A stretch of DNA of 64,000 nucleotides, taken from NCBI GenBank assembly GCA_902571005.1, contig CACGAG010000007.1:12162-76161 (forward strand), read 5' to 3'. Below are positions 26,592-36,886 of the stretch, in pieces. The translations under genes and the position numbers were made by a program. The notes beneath the pieces are model-generated. The model was given only the letters and a program-made list of their open reading frames with translations, was not told the origin of the DNA and did not search any database. The stretch is from an uncultured Pelagibacteraceae bacterium (GTDB lineage: Bacteria > Pseudomonadota > Alphaproteobacteria > Pelagibacterales > AG-422-B15). Each line of letters opens with the position of its first letter. The stretch's first letter is position 1.

Positions 26592-28092
26592 ATAAACTTT
26601 TATTATTTTCTCTCAATTTATTTTTTTGAACTTTGCCCATAGAATTTCTAGGTAAATTTGACATAAATATTATTTTTTTTGGCTGTTTATATTTAGCAAT
26701 TTTATCTTTTGTATAATCCAATATTTGACTACCATCATTTTTATCATCTGTTGTCACTACTGCCGCAACAACTGCTTCGCCAAAATCATCATGTTGAACA
26801 CCAAAAACTGCTGACTCTGTAATATTTGGTAACTCATTTATCACATCTTCTATTTCCTTAGGATAAACATTTAGTCCACCGCTTATAATCATATCTTTAT
26901 CTCTACCAACAATAGTAAAGTAGCCATTTTCATCTTTCTTTGCGAGATCACCTGTTATGAAGAAACCATCATCTTTAAATGATTCTTTGGTCTTTTCTTC
27001 CATTCCCCAGTACCCCTTGAAAATATTTTCGCCCTTAAGTTCAATAGTTCCTATTTGACCCACCTTTACTTCATTACCTTCTTCATTGACTATTCTTATT
27101 TCAATACCTGGAAGAGGTATGCCCACTGTGCCTGCTTTCCGTGATCCGTCATATGGATTTGAAATATTCATATTTGTTTCTGTCATGCCATATCTCTCAA
27201 GAATTTTTTTACCAGTTCTTTTTTCAAATTCAATGTAGGTTTCTGAAAGTAAAGGTGCTGAACCAGAAATAAATAGTCTCATGTGTTTTGCTGACTCATT
27301 ATTTAATTTTTCATTTGCCAACAATCTTGTATAAAAAGTCGGCACGCCCATCATGGATGTGGCTCTTTTCATCCAAAGCAAGGCTTTTTCAGCATCAAAT
27401 TTTTCCAAGAAAATCATTGATCCTCCGACAATTGCAAGAAGATTACATGCAACAAAAAGACCGTGCGTATGGTAAATAGGTAGCATATGTAAAAGAACAT
27501 CATTTTCTGTAAATTTCCAAAATTTTCTTAAAACTTCAGAATTTGAAACCAAATTTCTATGCGATAGCATCGCTCCTTTTGATTTTCCAGTAGTACCGGA
27601 TGTATATAAAATGGCAGCTAAGTCATTTTCGTTTCTTTCAATAGATTGAAATTTTTTTGGATATTTTTTTATCTGCTCAATCAATGAACCAGTTTCATCT
27701 AAATTTAATGATAAAATTGAAACCGAAGAATAGCTCACTAAGTTTTTTACTTCATTTTGAATTTTGTCATCGACAATTATCACCTTAGGTTTGGCGTCAT
27801 TGAAGAAATATTCTAATTCACTTAGGGTATAGCCAGTATTGAGTGGCAGATAAACACCTCCAGCTTTAACGGTTGCTACGTATGTAGCAAGTTGAATTAC
27901 ATTCTTTTCTGCCTGTATGGCCACGCGGTCACCTGGTAATAAATTTATATCTATTAAGTAATTAGAAATTTGATTTACAATTTCATTGAATTCTAAGTAA
28001 CTTATCTCTTTAGTTTCATTGATCAAAAAAATATTTGGACTCGTTTCGTTAGATTTGAATATTTCATCAAATAGATAGTTTGATTCAGTCAT
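26581..28092 (-). CDS. AMP-dependent acyl-CoA ligase (malonyl-CoA synthetase/MatB-like)
   Basis: YTSGTTGKSKGAML AMP-binding motif. The ATG at 28092 (MTESNYLFDEIF) gives an 8-nt ATGACTGA overlap with the upstream gene. The track start at 28104 is also an ATG. Confidence 0.8.
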   Translation of the reverse strand: MTESNYLFDEIFKSNETSPNIFLINETKEISYLEFNEIVNQISNYLIDINLLPGDRVAIQAEKNVIQLATYVATVKAGGVYLPLNTGYTLSELEYFFNDAKPKVIIVDDKIQNEVKNLVSYSSVSILSLNLDETGSLIEQIKKYPKKFQSIERNENDLAAILYTSGTTGKSKGAMLSHRNLVSNSEVLRKFWKFTENDVLLHMLPIYHTHGLFVACNLLAIVGGSMIFLEKFDAEKALLWMKRATSMMGVPTFYTRLLANEKLNNESAKHMRLFISGSAPLLSETYIEFEKRTGKKILERYGMTETNMNISNPYDGSRKAGTVGIPLPGIEIRIVNEEGNEVKVGQIGTIELKGENIFKGYWGMEEKTKESFKDDGFFITGDLAKKDENGYFTIVGRDKDMIISGGLNVYPKEIEDVINELPNITESAVFGVQHDDFGEAVVAAVVTTDDKNDGSQILDYTKDKIAKYKQPKKIIFMSNLPRNSMGKVQKNKLRENNKSLFKS

Positions 28093-29230
28093 TACTCTTT
28101 TCATCCAATGAATAAATACTCAACCGAGATAAAATATCTTCATGAATAACTATACCAAGTCCAGCTGATTTGTTTATATGTGCTTTATTATCTACAATAT
28201 CAAAAGATAACTCACAAAATTTCTTTGAAAAGTTTATATAATCTGGAAATATTTCAGCCTTTTCTGAATTAGAAATACTTGAGCAAACATGAAGCATCGC
28301 AGATGCTGAAACGGACATTGAATTCCAGCAATGTGGAGAAATAGAGATACCATTATTTGATGCTTCATTTGATATCGTGATAATATCAATGAGTCCGCCC
28401 ATACCTGAAATATCAGGATTAAATATATCTACTGCATTTCTGTGTATTAATTCTCTGAAATGGACCAAGCCTGATTGCTTTTCACCTGTTACAACTTTCA
28501 TATTAAAAGCATTTTTGATCTCAGTAAGTAAGCTTATATTCTCACCATCAACAGGCTCTTCTATCCAGTAAGGATTAAATGACGATACTTCTTTTAAAAA
28601 AGATTTTGTCTTATCTAAATCTTTAGGTATAGCTAAATCAAGCATTAGCGGTAATTCATCTCCTACTATTTCTCTAACTTTTTCAACAAACTGAATTGAA
28701 ATTGATACGTTATCTAGCATTGGATATATCTTGATCCCCCCATATTTCTTTCCATAAAATTTTTCTATTTGTCTCAAATAGTCATTTGTGTCTTTTTTTA
28801 AATCGCTCCAACACGTAGCATAAATGGGAACATTTGATTTGGGACTTTTTGTTAGTAAAGAATTTAAAGGAAGATTTTTTAACTTCCCTGATATGTCCCA
28901 TAATGCAATTTCAATGGCACTTGTAGCAGAGCTGAAATCTAAACCTCTGTGACCATCACTTAACAATGAAATTTTATTATAAAAAGACTTTATTGATAGA
29001 TTTGGAATATTCGAAATTTCTCTAAATAGCTCTTTTATAATAATCGCAATACCCTTTTCTCTAAGATTAATAGAGAATGCTTCTCCCCAACCTTCAATTC
29101 CATCTTCAGTAGTTATTTTTATGATGATGAATTTTTTTGTATTTGACCATTGATCATCAGACAGATGATTATCAGTTATCCAGATCTTCAACCTTGAGAG
29201 TTTACCAATGCTTATATCTTGATTATTCAT
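28085..29230 (-). CDS. enolase-superfamily enzyme (mandelate racemase/muconate lactonizing family)
   Basis: GWGEA...ALWDISGK N-terminal capping-domain pattern, about 380 aa. Confidence 0.8.
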   Translation of the reverse strand: MNNQDISIGKLSRLKIWITDNHLSDDQWSNTKKFIIIKITTEDGIEGWGEAFSINLREKGIAIIIKELFREISNIPNLSIKSFYNKISLLSDGHRGLDFSSATSAIEIALWDISGKLKNLPLNSLLTKSPKSNVPIYATCWSDLKKDTNDYLRQIEKFYGKKYGGIKIYPMLDNVSISIQFVEKVREIVGDELPLMLDLAIPKDLDKTKSFLKEVSSFNPYWIEEPVDGENISLLTEIKNAFNMKVVTGEKQSGLVHFRELIHRNAVDIFNPDISGMGGLIDIITISNEASNNGISISPHCWNSMSVSASAMLHVCSSISNSEKAEIFPDYINFSKKFCELSFDIVDNKAHINKSAGLGIVIHEDILSRLSIYSLDEKSND

Positions 29231-29305
29231 TATCAGTATTAATATTAGATGGAATATAATTTAATTTGATCTTTAACATATATAAAAAAAACCTTATGTT
29301 AAGGT

Positions 29306-29800
29306 ATGATTTCAAAGTTAATACTAGGCGCAGGTTGTTTTTGGGGAGTAGAAGTTCTTTTTGAAGAAATGTCTGGCGTTAAAAAAGTAATTTCAGGGTA
29401 TGCCGGCGGGCATACAGAAAACCCTACATACGAAGAGGTCTGTACAGGTAAGTCAGGACACATTGAAGTTGTTGAGATTGAGTATGATAATAGTGAAGTA
29501 AAATTTGAGGAATTGTTAGACAAGTTTTTCTTTATTCATGATCCAACTCAGATGAATCGTCAAGGTCCAGACATTGGTGAACAATACAAATCAGTTATTT
29601 TTTGTAATTCTGATGAAGAAAGAAGAATATCGGAAAGCAAAATTGATGAGATTAATAACTCAGGCGAACATCAAAACGAAGTAGTTACAGAATTAAGAGA
29701 GAATGCTAAATTTTGGCCTGCTGAAGAATACCACCAAGACTTCATAGAAAAAAATGGTAAAGTTTGCTATCACCAACTTTACGTACAACACAAATCCTAA
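29306..29800 (+). CDS. msrA: peptide-methionine (S)-S-oxide reductase
   Basis: GAGCFWGVE active-site motif. Confidence 0.9.
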   Translation: MISKLILGAGCFWGVEVLFEEMSGVKKVISGYAGGHTENPTYEEVCTGKSGHIEVVEIEYDNSEVKFEELLDKFFFIHDPTQMNRQGPDIGEQYKSVIFCNSDEERRISESKIDEINNSGEHQNEVVTELRENAKFWPAEEYHQDFIEKNGKVCYHQLYVQHKS

Positions 29801-29817
29801 ATTGCATTATTATTAAT

Positions 29818-29843
29818 GCTCAGCACGCTGATTTGTGCTGAGC
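29818..29843. terminator. hairpin between the convergent msrA and GcvT-family genes
   Basis: GCTCAGCAC (29818-29826) pairs perfectly with GTGCTGAGC (29835-29843) across an 8-nt loop. There is no long U tract on either side. Confidence 0.55.
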
Positions 29844-29855
29844 AATTAATATAAA

Positions 29856-31199
29856 CTAACCCTTTACAACTTCTCTTGTATTCGCGTTGAAAGACTCAGT
29901 AAACGGTACATCAACTGTTACAGCGTCTACTGGTACTCCTGGCTCATCAGCATAAATATCAGGTAAATGAACTTTAAATTTTTTACCTAGTTCCCATTTT
30001 GGAAAGCCATTTGCATTAAGAGTTCCATCAAAAGGTATATAACCCATAGCTATATTTTTTCCTTTTTCAGGATGATACCAAGGTGAAGTAATAAAGCCAC
30101 ATGGGTCTCCACCTTCACCAGGAGACACAAGCCAAAAATCAGGCGCATACTCATCAATTGGTTTGCCACCAATTTCAAATCCCACCAATTGTAACTTGTA
30201 CGGCTTATGACCATCTTTCAAGTCAGTCTTTATCTTTTCAAGCGCTTGCTTACCGATATAATCACCTTTTTTCTCCCACTCACCTTTTCCAGATAAAGAA
30301 ACTTGATAGCCAAGATTACATTGGAAAGGATTGTGTTCATGATCTAAGTCCTGACCCCAAGATAATATGCCTGCTTGTATTCTTCTGTGGTGAGCAGGCG
30401 CTATAACCATTAGATTATGTTTCTTTCCTGCTTCCAAAACAGCGTCCCACATATCGTCGGCATAGAGCGTCGCATTTCGTAAATAAATTTCATAACCGGA
30501 CTCGCCAGAGAAACCAGTTTGAGAAATCACACAACTTCTTCCACCAACTTTAACTTCTGCTAGACCATAGAAAGGAATATTATCAAGATCAACTTGATCA
30601 CCCACTAGGTCTTTCATCAAGGCAATGGCTTTTGGTCCTTGAATCTGAACAGGGCACGCATCAATTTCATCAATTTCCACATCAAATCTTTTATCAGCGT
30701 TTACACCTTGTAAATAAAGTCCAATATCAGAGTCTGACAAACTAAACCAAAACTCATCTTTCGAGATTCTTAAGAGAATAGGATCGTTTAAGACTCCACC
30801 CTTATAGTTACATAATATTACGTACCTAGCTCTTAATGGGGATATCTTTGTGGCATCCCTTGTGATTACATAGTCTGTAAATTTTTCAGCATCTGGACCA
30901 ATTACACGTATTTGTCTCTCAACTGCAACATTCCACATAGTCACGTGGTTTTTAATTGCTTCATATTCAACCATTGCTCCACCATCTTCTGGCTTTACAT
31001 AACCCCTGGGATGATAAATACGGTTATAAACTGTTGCTCTCCAGCAACCTGCTTCCATTGACTTATGCCAGTATGGTGACTTTCTCACACGAGTTGAAAT
31101 CAACATTTCAACTTTCGTTGGTCCACTTTGGCGTAAATTGTAAGGAACATGTCTGTCGCTTTGATCAACAGTAGTATTATGTTCTATTTTTTTAGACAT
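29856..31199 (-). CDS. GcvT-family aminomethyltransferase/THF-dependent demethylase (447 aa paralogue)
   Basis: It shares the VRKSPYW...TMWNVAVERQIRVIGPDAEKF architecture with the 13881-15017 gene. It overlaps the upstream MetF-like gene by 8 nt. Confidence 0.75.
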   Translation of the reverse strand: MSKKIEHNTTVDQSDRHVPYNLRQSGPTKVEMLISTRVRKSPYWHKSMEAGCWRATVYNRIYHPRGYVKPEDGGAMVEYEAIKNHVTMWNVAVERQIRVIGPDAEKFTDYVITRDATKISPLRARYVILCNYKGGVLNDPILLRISKDEFWFSLSDSDIGLYLQGVNADKRFDVEIDEIDACPVQIQGPKAIALMKDLVGDQVDLDNIPFYGLAEVKVGGRSCVISQTGFSGESGYEIYLRNATLYADDMWDAVLEAGKKHNLMVIAPAHHRRIQAGILSWGQDLDHEHNPFQCNLGYQVSLSGKGEWEKKGDYIGKQALEKIKTDLKDGHKPYKLQLVGFEIGGKPIDEYAPDFWLVSPGEGGDPCGFITSPWYHPEKGKNIAMGYIPFDGTLNANGFPKWELGKKFKVHLPDIYADEPGVPVDAVTVDVPFTESFNANTREVVKG

Positions 31200-31932
31200 A
31201 GTAGTTCTCCTTTTCTAACCATTCGTTTGCTTTTTTTATTCCACCAAACGCATAAATGTGAAAATGTTCAACGTTCTCTTTTAATTCTTGAATTACATCA
31301 TCAGGTGTCTGAACAGTCAATAAATCAAAAATTTTAGATGCATTTTTTTTTGCGAAATTAAGCGTATTCTTTAATCCAACAAATCCAGCGAATTTTACTA
31401 GTGTCTTCATAGAAGCCGGGCCCGCAACGCCTACATGAACAGGAAGTGGTGCTCCAGAAATAAAAGACGATAATGCGTCTGTATCTTGTGTCCACTGTGT
31501 TACAATATAGTCAGCAAATGGGGCCTTTGATTTCATTGCTTCTTCAATAGCTGCATCGCTCATATTTGGAGATCCCTCAGGATGACCAGCAATACCTATT
31601 TTCATTCCATCAAACAATCCAGTTTCTATAAGTTGTAGTGAACAATGATATTTTCCTAAAATATCTCGATCCCCACCAATTATTAAAACTTGTTTAACTC
31701 CAGCCTCTTTAACTTGCTCTATATATGATTTTAACATATCTGAATCAGTAATTGAGCGAGCTGGAAAGTGAGGAATGGGATTATAACCTGCACTAGCTAA
31801 CGCTTTAGTTTGTTCAATAACGTCAAGATAACTTGTGCCAGGCAAAAATGTAATATAAATGTCATTGAGTTTAGGCAAATCAGATAGATTTGTTCTTGTA
31901 GTAACTTCCAATGAAAAATTTACATTTCCCAT
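31192..31932 (-). CDS. methylenetetrahydrofolate reductase-like protein (short form)
   Basis: 246 aa TIM-barrel-like MetF family pattern (ITFLPG..., GIAGHPEGSP). The context is with a THF demethylase and fhs. Confidence 0.65.
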   Translation of the reverse strand: MGNVNFSLEVTTRTNLSDLPKLNDIYITFLPGTSYLDVIEQTKALASAGYNPIPHFPARSITDSDMLKSYIEQVKEAGVKQVLIIGGDRDILGKYHCSLQLIETGLFDGMKIGIAGHPEGSPNMSDAAIEEAMKSKAPFADYIVTQWTQDTDALSSFISGAPLPVHVGVAGPASMKTLVKFAGFVGLKNTLNFAKKNASKIFDLLTVQTPDDVIQELKENVEHFHIYAFGGIKKANEWLEKENYYV

Positions 31933-31955
31933 AATGCTGTAAATGAGTGTACCGC

Positions 31956-32005
31956 TTAAGCCACGCGAATTTTCAATTGCACTGCTTGGCTTAATTTTGC
32001 AGCGC
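31956..32005 (-). promoter_or_regulatory. candidate H-type pseudoknot RNA in the leader of the MetF-like/GcvT operon
   Basis: Two interleaved helices: TTAAGCCA/TGGCTTAA (8 bp) and GCACTGC/GCAGCGC (7 bp). The second helix is fully paired only in the minus-strand RNA, where the odd pair is G-U. Confidence 0.3.
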
Positions 32006-32122
32006 TATTTGAGTCTCCTAAAACAAAATTTAAGTAAAAATTTGTTCTATAGCAATACATTTTTGTAGACTCCTATCTGTAAAGTTCTTAAGTTGTCTAG
32101 GTTTTTAATATTAGTATTATTT

Positions 32123-33790
32123 ATGGCTGTACTCTCAGATATTGAAATTGCTAGAGAAAATAGCATGGCTCCTATTGAAGAAATTGCTTCAAAATTAGAC
32201 TTAAAAGATCAAAATCTGCAAAAATTTGGACACCACATTGCTAAAATTGATACTCAACATATAGAAAGTAATAACAAGAACGGAAAACTCATTTTAGTGA
32301 CGGCCATTTCACCTACCCCAGCGGGCGAAGGAAAGACTACTACATCAGTCGGTCTTAGTGATGGCTTAAATAAAATTGGAAAACAGTCATTGGTATGCTT
32401 GAGAGAACCTAGTTTAGGACCTTGCTTTGGTGTCAAAGGGGGTGCTGCAGGAGGCGGTTACGCCCAAGTAGTACCAATGGATAAAATTAATTTACATTTC
32501 ACAGGTGATTTCCATGCGATCACATCAGCACATAACCTCCTTGCATCGATGATTGATAACCATATTTATTGGGGAAACGATTTAGGAATTGATACAAGAA
32601 GAGTGGTTTGGGGACGTGTTGTAGATTTAAATGATCGTGCTTTAAGAAATATTAATGTTAATTTAGGCGGTATAGCCAACGGATACCCACGTGAGGATAA
32701 ATTCGATATTACTGTTGCATCTGAAGTGATGGCAATTTTTTGTTTATCTACAAGTTTAGACGATTTACAAAATAGACTTGGGAATATCATTGTTGGTTAT
32801 ACAAGGGAGAAGAAAGAAATTACGGCGCGAGACTTAAATGCAGACGGCGCTATGACTACTTTGCTAAAAGATGCTTTCTTACCTAATCTTGTTCAAACAC
32901 TGGAGAAAAATCCTGCTATCATTCATGGGGGTCCTTTTGCAAATATTGCCCATGGATGCAATTCTTTAGTTGCTACTCAAACTGCTCTTAAATTAAGTGA
33001 TTATGTTGTAACAGAAGCAGGCTTTGGTGCAGATCTTGGAGCAGAAAAATTTTTAGACATAAAGTGCCGTAAGGGGAAATTAAATCCTTCAGCAATAGTA
33101 ATAGTTGCAACAGTTCGAGCGTTAAAAATGCATGGCGGTATGGATAAAAAAGAATTAAAAAATGAAAATGTTGAAGCTGTAAAAAAAGGTTTATCAAATT
33201 TAAAGCAGCACATTGCAAATATGCAAATGTATGGGGCGCCTGTTACAGTTGCTATTAATCATTTCATATCTGACAGTGAAAAAGAATTGTCAGCAATCAG
33301 CGATTGCTGTGATTCATTAAATGTAAAGTCATTTAATTGCACACATTGGAGCAATGGTGGTGCAGGCACAGAGGACCTAGCAAAGCACATAGTAGAAATT
33401 ACTGAGCAAAATGCTCCAAAGATAAAGTACCTTTATCCGGACGAAATGAAATTGTGGGATAAGATGAAAAAAATCGCACAAGAAATATATGGAGCGAGCG
33501 ATATTATTGCTGACCAAAAAATAAGAATGCAGTTTGACGACTTGGAGGAAAAATATGGCCATTACCCAATATGTGTAGCTAAAACTCAATACAGCTTCTC
33601 AACTGATCCAAATCTAAGAGGCGCTCCAAAAGACCATGTAGTTCCTATCAGAGAAGTTAGACTAGCAGCGGGTGCAGAATTCCTCGTAGTTGTATGCGAT
33701 AAGATTATGACTATGCCAGGTCTGCCTAGAGTTCCAGCTGCAAATGCTATACACTTAAATAAAAATGGCGACATAGAGGGATTGTTTTAA
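32123..33790 (+). CDS. fhs: formate-tetrahydrofolate ligase
   Basis: [11 protein letters not shown]-loop and about 555 aa. The track start at 32093 is a TTG. The ATG at 32123 ([10 protein letters not shown]) matches the usual N-terminus. Confidence 0.9.
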   Translation: MAVLSDIEIARENSMAPIEEIASKLDLKDQNLQKFGHHIAKIDTQHIESNNKNGKLILVTAISPTPAGEGKTTTSVGLSDGLNKIGKQSLVCLREPSLGPCFGVKGGAAGGGYAQVVPMDKINLHFTGDFHAITSAHNLLASMIDNHIYWGNDLGIDTRRVVWGRVVDLNDRALRNINVNLGGIANGYPREDKFDITVASEVMAIFCLSTSLDDLQNRLGNIIVGYTREKKEITARDLNADGAMTTLLKDAFLPNLVQTLEKNPAIIHGGPFANIAHGCNSLVATQTALKLSDYVVTEAGFGADLGAEKFLDIKCRKGKLNPSAIVIVATVRALKMHGGMDKKELKNENVEAVKKGLSNLKQHIANMQMYGAPVTVAINHFISDSEKELSAISDCCDSLNVKSFNCTHWSNGGAGTEDLAKHIVEITEQNAPKIKYLYPDEMKLWDKMKKIAQEIYGASDIIADQKIRMQFDDLEEKYGHYPICVAKTQYSFSTDPNLRGAPKDHVVPIREVRLAAGAEFLVVVCDKIMTMPGLPRVPAANAIHLNKNGDIEGLF

Positions 33791-35433
33791 TGGCTCACAT
33801 GTATGATACAAATTTAGACAAAAACGATGCAAATTTTACACCGTTGTCTCCTTTAAGTTTTCTCATAAGAGCAGCGGAAGTTTATCCAAACAGAACTTCG
33901 ATTATACATGGCAAAAAACAATTTACATGGTCTGAAACATATAAAAGAAGCAAACAACTTGCGAGCGCACTTTCTAAAAGAGGTATAGGAAAGGGAGATA
34001 CTGTTGCGGTTCTTTGTTTTAATACTCCTGAAATATATGAGACACATTTTGGTGTTCCTATGATAGGCGCTGTATTAAATACGATAAACATCAGATTAGA
34101 TGTAGATACAATTAGCTATATTCTTGAGCACGGTGAAGCAAAAGCATTGATTACTGACAATGAGCTTTCACCGACGATAAAACAAGTACTCGATAAGATA
34201 AAAAATAAAATTCTTGTAATAGATATTGATGATGAACTAGCAAATCATCCTGAGGGAGCTGGAGAGAATCTTGGAGAAATTAATTATGAGGATTTTCTTT
34301 TAACAGGTGACAGTGATCTCGAATGGAGTTTGCCAGATGATGAATGGCAATCATTAGCGCTCAACTATACGTCAGGCACCACTGGATTACCAAAAGGGGT
34401 TGTTTATCATCACAGAGGCTCATACTTGATGGCACTTGGATCTGTTACTGCTTTTAGTATGCCAATGCATCCTACTTATATGTGGGTTGTTCCAATGTTT
34501 CATTGTAATGGTTGGGGTAATCCCTACACGCTTACAGCCCTAGCAGGCACAAGTGTATGCCTTAGATATGTTTCAGCTAAAAATATGTTTGATGCTATTG
34601 CAGATCATAAAGTAACTCATTTTGGTGGCGCACCAATTGTTCTAAATTTTCTAGCACAAGCAACAGCTGAGGAAAAAAGAGAATACTCTCAACAAGTATA
34701 TGTAGTCACAGCAGGAGCTCCTCCACCCGCAGCCACATTAGAAGCGGTTCAAAAAATGGGTTTTGACGTTACTCATGTTTATGGACTGACTGAAACATAC
34801 GGACATATTTCATTATGCGCATGGCAGGATGAATGGAATGAGCTATCAGTTGAAGAACAGTCAAAGCTTAGATCAAGGCAGGGCGTAAAATTTCCAATGA
34901 TGGATGGCCTAGCAATTATGAACCCTGAGACTATGGAGCACGTTAAGAATGACGGTGAAGAAATAGGTGAGATTATGATACGCGGCAACTGTGTAATGAA
35001 GGGATATTTAAAAAATAAGGAAGAAACAGATAAAGCTATGGCAGGAGGCTGGTTTCACTCAGGTGATCTGGCTGTAATGCATCCTAATGGTTACATTCAA
35101 ATAAAAGATAGAAGCAAAGATATAATCATCTCTGGTGGTGAAAATGTCTCATCAGTTGAAATAGAAAACACACTTTATAAACATCCATCTGTATTATTTG
35201 CTGCAGTGGTTGCAAAACCAGATGAAAAATGGGGTGAAACACCATGTGCTTTTATCGAATTAAAAGATCAAAATGATAGCGTGAGTGAAGGCGATATTAT
35301 TTCGTTTTGTAAAGAAACTCTTGCTGGCTTTAAGTGTCCTAAAAAAGTCGTTTTTACTGAACTACCAAAAACTTCAACAGGTAAGATATTAAAATACGAA
35401 CTGAGAGAAATGGCCAAAGCCGCCGACGCTTAA
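33790..35433 (+). CDS. medium-chain acyl-CoA synthetase (AMP-binding; DmdB/ACSM-like)
   Basis: NYTSGTTGLPKGVVYHHRG and MFHCNGW motifs. It has a 1-nt overlap with the fhs stop. Confidence 0.85.
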   Translation: MAHMYDTNLDKNDANFTPLSPLSFLIRAAEVYPNRTSIIHGKKQFTWSETYKRSKQLASALSKRGIGKGDTVAVLCFNTPEIYETHFGVPMIGAVLNTINIRLDVDTISYILEHGEAKALITDNELSPTIKQVLDKIKNKILVIDIDDELANHPEGAGENLGEINYEDFLLTGDSDLEWSLPDDEWQSLALNYTSGTTGLPKGVVYHHRGSYLMALGSVTAFSMPMHPTYMWVVPMFHCNGWGNPYTLTALAGTSVCLRYVSAKNMFDAIADHKVTHFGGAPIVLNFLAQATAEEKREYSQQVYVVTAGAPPPAATLEAVQKMGFDVTHVYGLTETYGHISLCAWQDEWNELSVEEQSKLRSRQGVKFPMMDGLAIMNPETMEHVKNDGEEIGEIMIRGNCVMKGYLKNKEETDKAMAGGWFHSGDLAVMHPNGYIQIKDRSKDIIISGGENVSSVEIENTLYKHPSVLFAAVVAKPDEKWGETPCAFIELKDQNDSVSEGDIISFCKETLAGFKCPKKVVFTELPKTSTGKILKYELREMAKAADA

Positions 35434-36881
35434 GAAAAATGAATAGAATCGTCGTTTAGTCGGCCAAATTTAATACCAAAGAAATCTTTAAAATAATTTT
35501 GTGTATTGATCCATGGTGACCTGTTGCCTTGTTGGGGGAATAAATGAATAGCTCGATGTATGTATCCTGAGGAAAACTCAGTCGCGAGCCAATCTTTTTC
35601 AGCTTTCACATCCACTGGAACCCTTGGTACACAATGACTGTAGTTATTCTGATCAAGATAATTAATTAATCTACAAGCATATTCACAGGTTAAATCTGCT
35701 TTCAAGGTCCAAGATGCATTAATATAACCAAAAGAATTTACGAAATTTGGAATACCGCTGAACATCATACTTTTATAAGTCATTGTTTCAGAAGGCTCGA
35801 CCAATTTGCCGTCGATATGAACTTGGACACCACCAAAAGATTGTAAGTTTAAACCTGTAGCAGTTACGACAACATCAGCTTCAATATTTTGCCCTGATTT
35901 TAGCTTTATTCCCTTGCTAGTAAACTTATCGATATGATCTGTAACGACTGACGCTCTATTGTCTCTTATGGACTCAAACAAATCGCCATTTGGAATAAGA
36001 CACATTCTCTGTTCCCATGGATAATATCGCGGAGTAAAATGTTTTGAAATATCGTGATTAGGCAATAATTCTTTAACTCCATCTATGAGCTTTCGTTTTA
36101 CATACTTAGGATATGATCTACAAATTCTGTAGAGAAGCTGCTGAAAGAATACATTTCGTAACCTAACAAGAGTGTAAGACATTTTTTGTGGTAAAACTTT
36201 TTTTAAAAAATTTGCAAATCTATCTTCATCTGGACTTGGAAAATAATATGTTGGTGAGCGTTGTAACATCGTTACGTGTTTAGCTTTTTTTGATAGTTCG
36301 GGAACTATAGTTGCTGCTGTTGCACCACTACCGATAACAACCATTTTCTTATCTGTGTAGTCAAAATCTTCAGGCCACTTCTGAGGATGTATTAATTTAC
36401 CTTCGTACTTGTCTAAGTCATCAAATTCAGGTGTGTATCCTTCATCATAATTATAGTATCCTGTCCCCATGAATAGAAAGTTTGCTGTTAATAATATTTC
36501 TTGCTCATGATGAGCAGCTCTTACTTCCCAATTTCGCTCTGCTGAATTCCAGTTTGCGCTTAAGACTTTGTGACTAAATTTTATTTTTTCGCGTAAATTA
36601 TTTTCTTCAACTGTTTCTTCTAAATAACTTAAGATGGAAGGTCCGTTTGCAATTGTTTTTTGCTCTTTCCATGGCTTAAATGCATACCCGAGTGTGAACA
36701 TATCGGAGTCTGATCTTATTCCTGGATATTTAAATAAGTCCCATGTACCGCCTATATTTTCTCTCCCTTCAATAATACAAAAGGATTTATTAGGACAATT
36801 TTTTTTTAAGTAATATCCAGCTCCTATACCCGATATTCCAGCGCCAATTACAATTACATTAAAATGATTGCTATTTTCCAT
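35430..36881 (-). CDS. EthA-like flavin/Baeyer-Villiger monooxygenase
   Basis: VIVIGAGISGIGAG, GGTWDLFKYPGIRSDSD, the BVMO fingerprint YEGKLIHPQKWP, and VVIGSGATA. It collinearly resembles mycobacterial EthA as I recall that sequence. Confidence 0.8.
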   Translation of the reverse strand: MENSNHFNVIVIGAGISGIGAGYYLKKNCPNKSFCIIEGRENIGGTWDLFKYPGIRSDSDMFTLGYAFKPWKEQKTIANGPSILSYLEETVEENNLREKIKFSHKVLSANWNSAERNWEVRAAHHEQEILLTANFLFMGTGYYNYDEGYTPEFDDLDKYEGKLIHPQKWPEDFDYTDKKMVVIGSGATAATIVPELSKKAKHVTMLQRSPTYYFPSPDEDRFANFLKKVLPQKMSYTLVRLRNVFFQQLLYRICRSYPKYVKRKLIDGVKELLPNHDISKHFTPRYYPWEQRMCLIPNGDLFESIRDNRASVVTDHIDKFTSKGIKLKSGQNIEADVVVTATGLNLQSFGGVQVHIDGKLVEPSETMTYKSMMFSGIPNFVNSFGYINASWTLKADLTCEYACRLINYLDQNNYSHCVPRVPVDVKAEKDWLATEFSSGYIHRAIHLFPQQGNRSPWINTQNYFKDFFGIKFGRLNDDSIHFS

Positions 36882-36886
36882 TGATA

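Noticed and set aside
35430-35433. Convergent genes whose stop codons interlock in TTAA (also at 40341-40344), with no terminator between them
   Set aside because: This is real, but it is a generic consequence of extreme genome compaction rather than a specific system. I note it only as context for possible antisense read-through.
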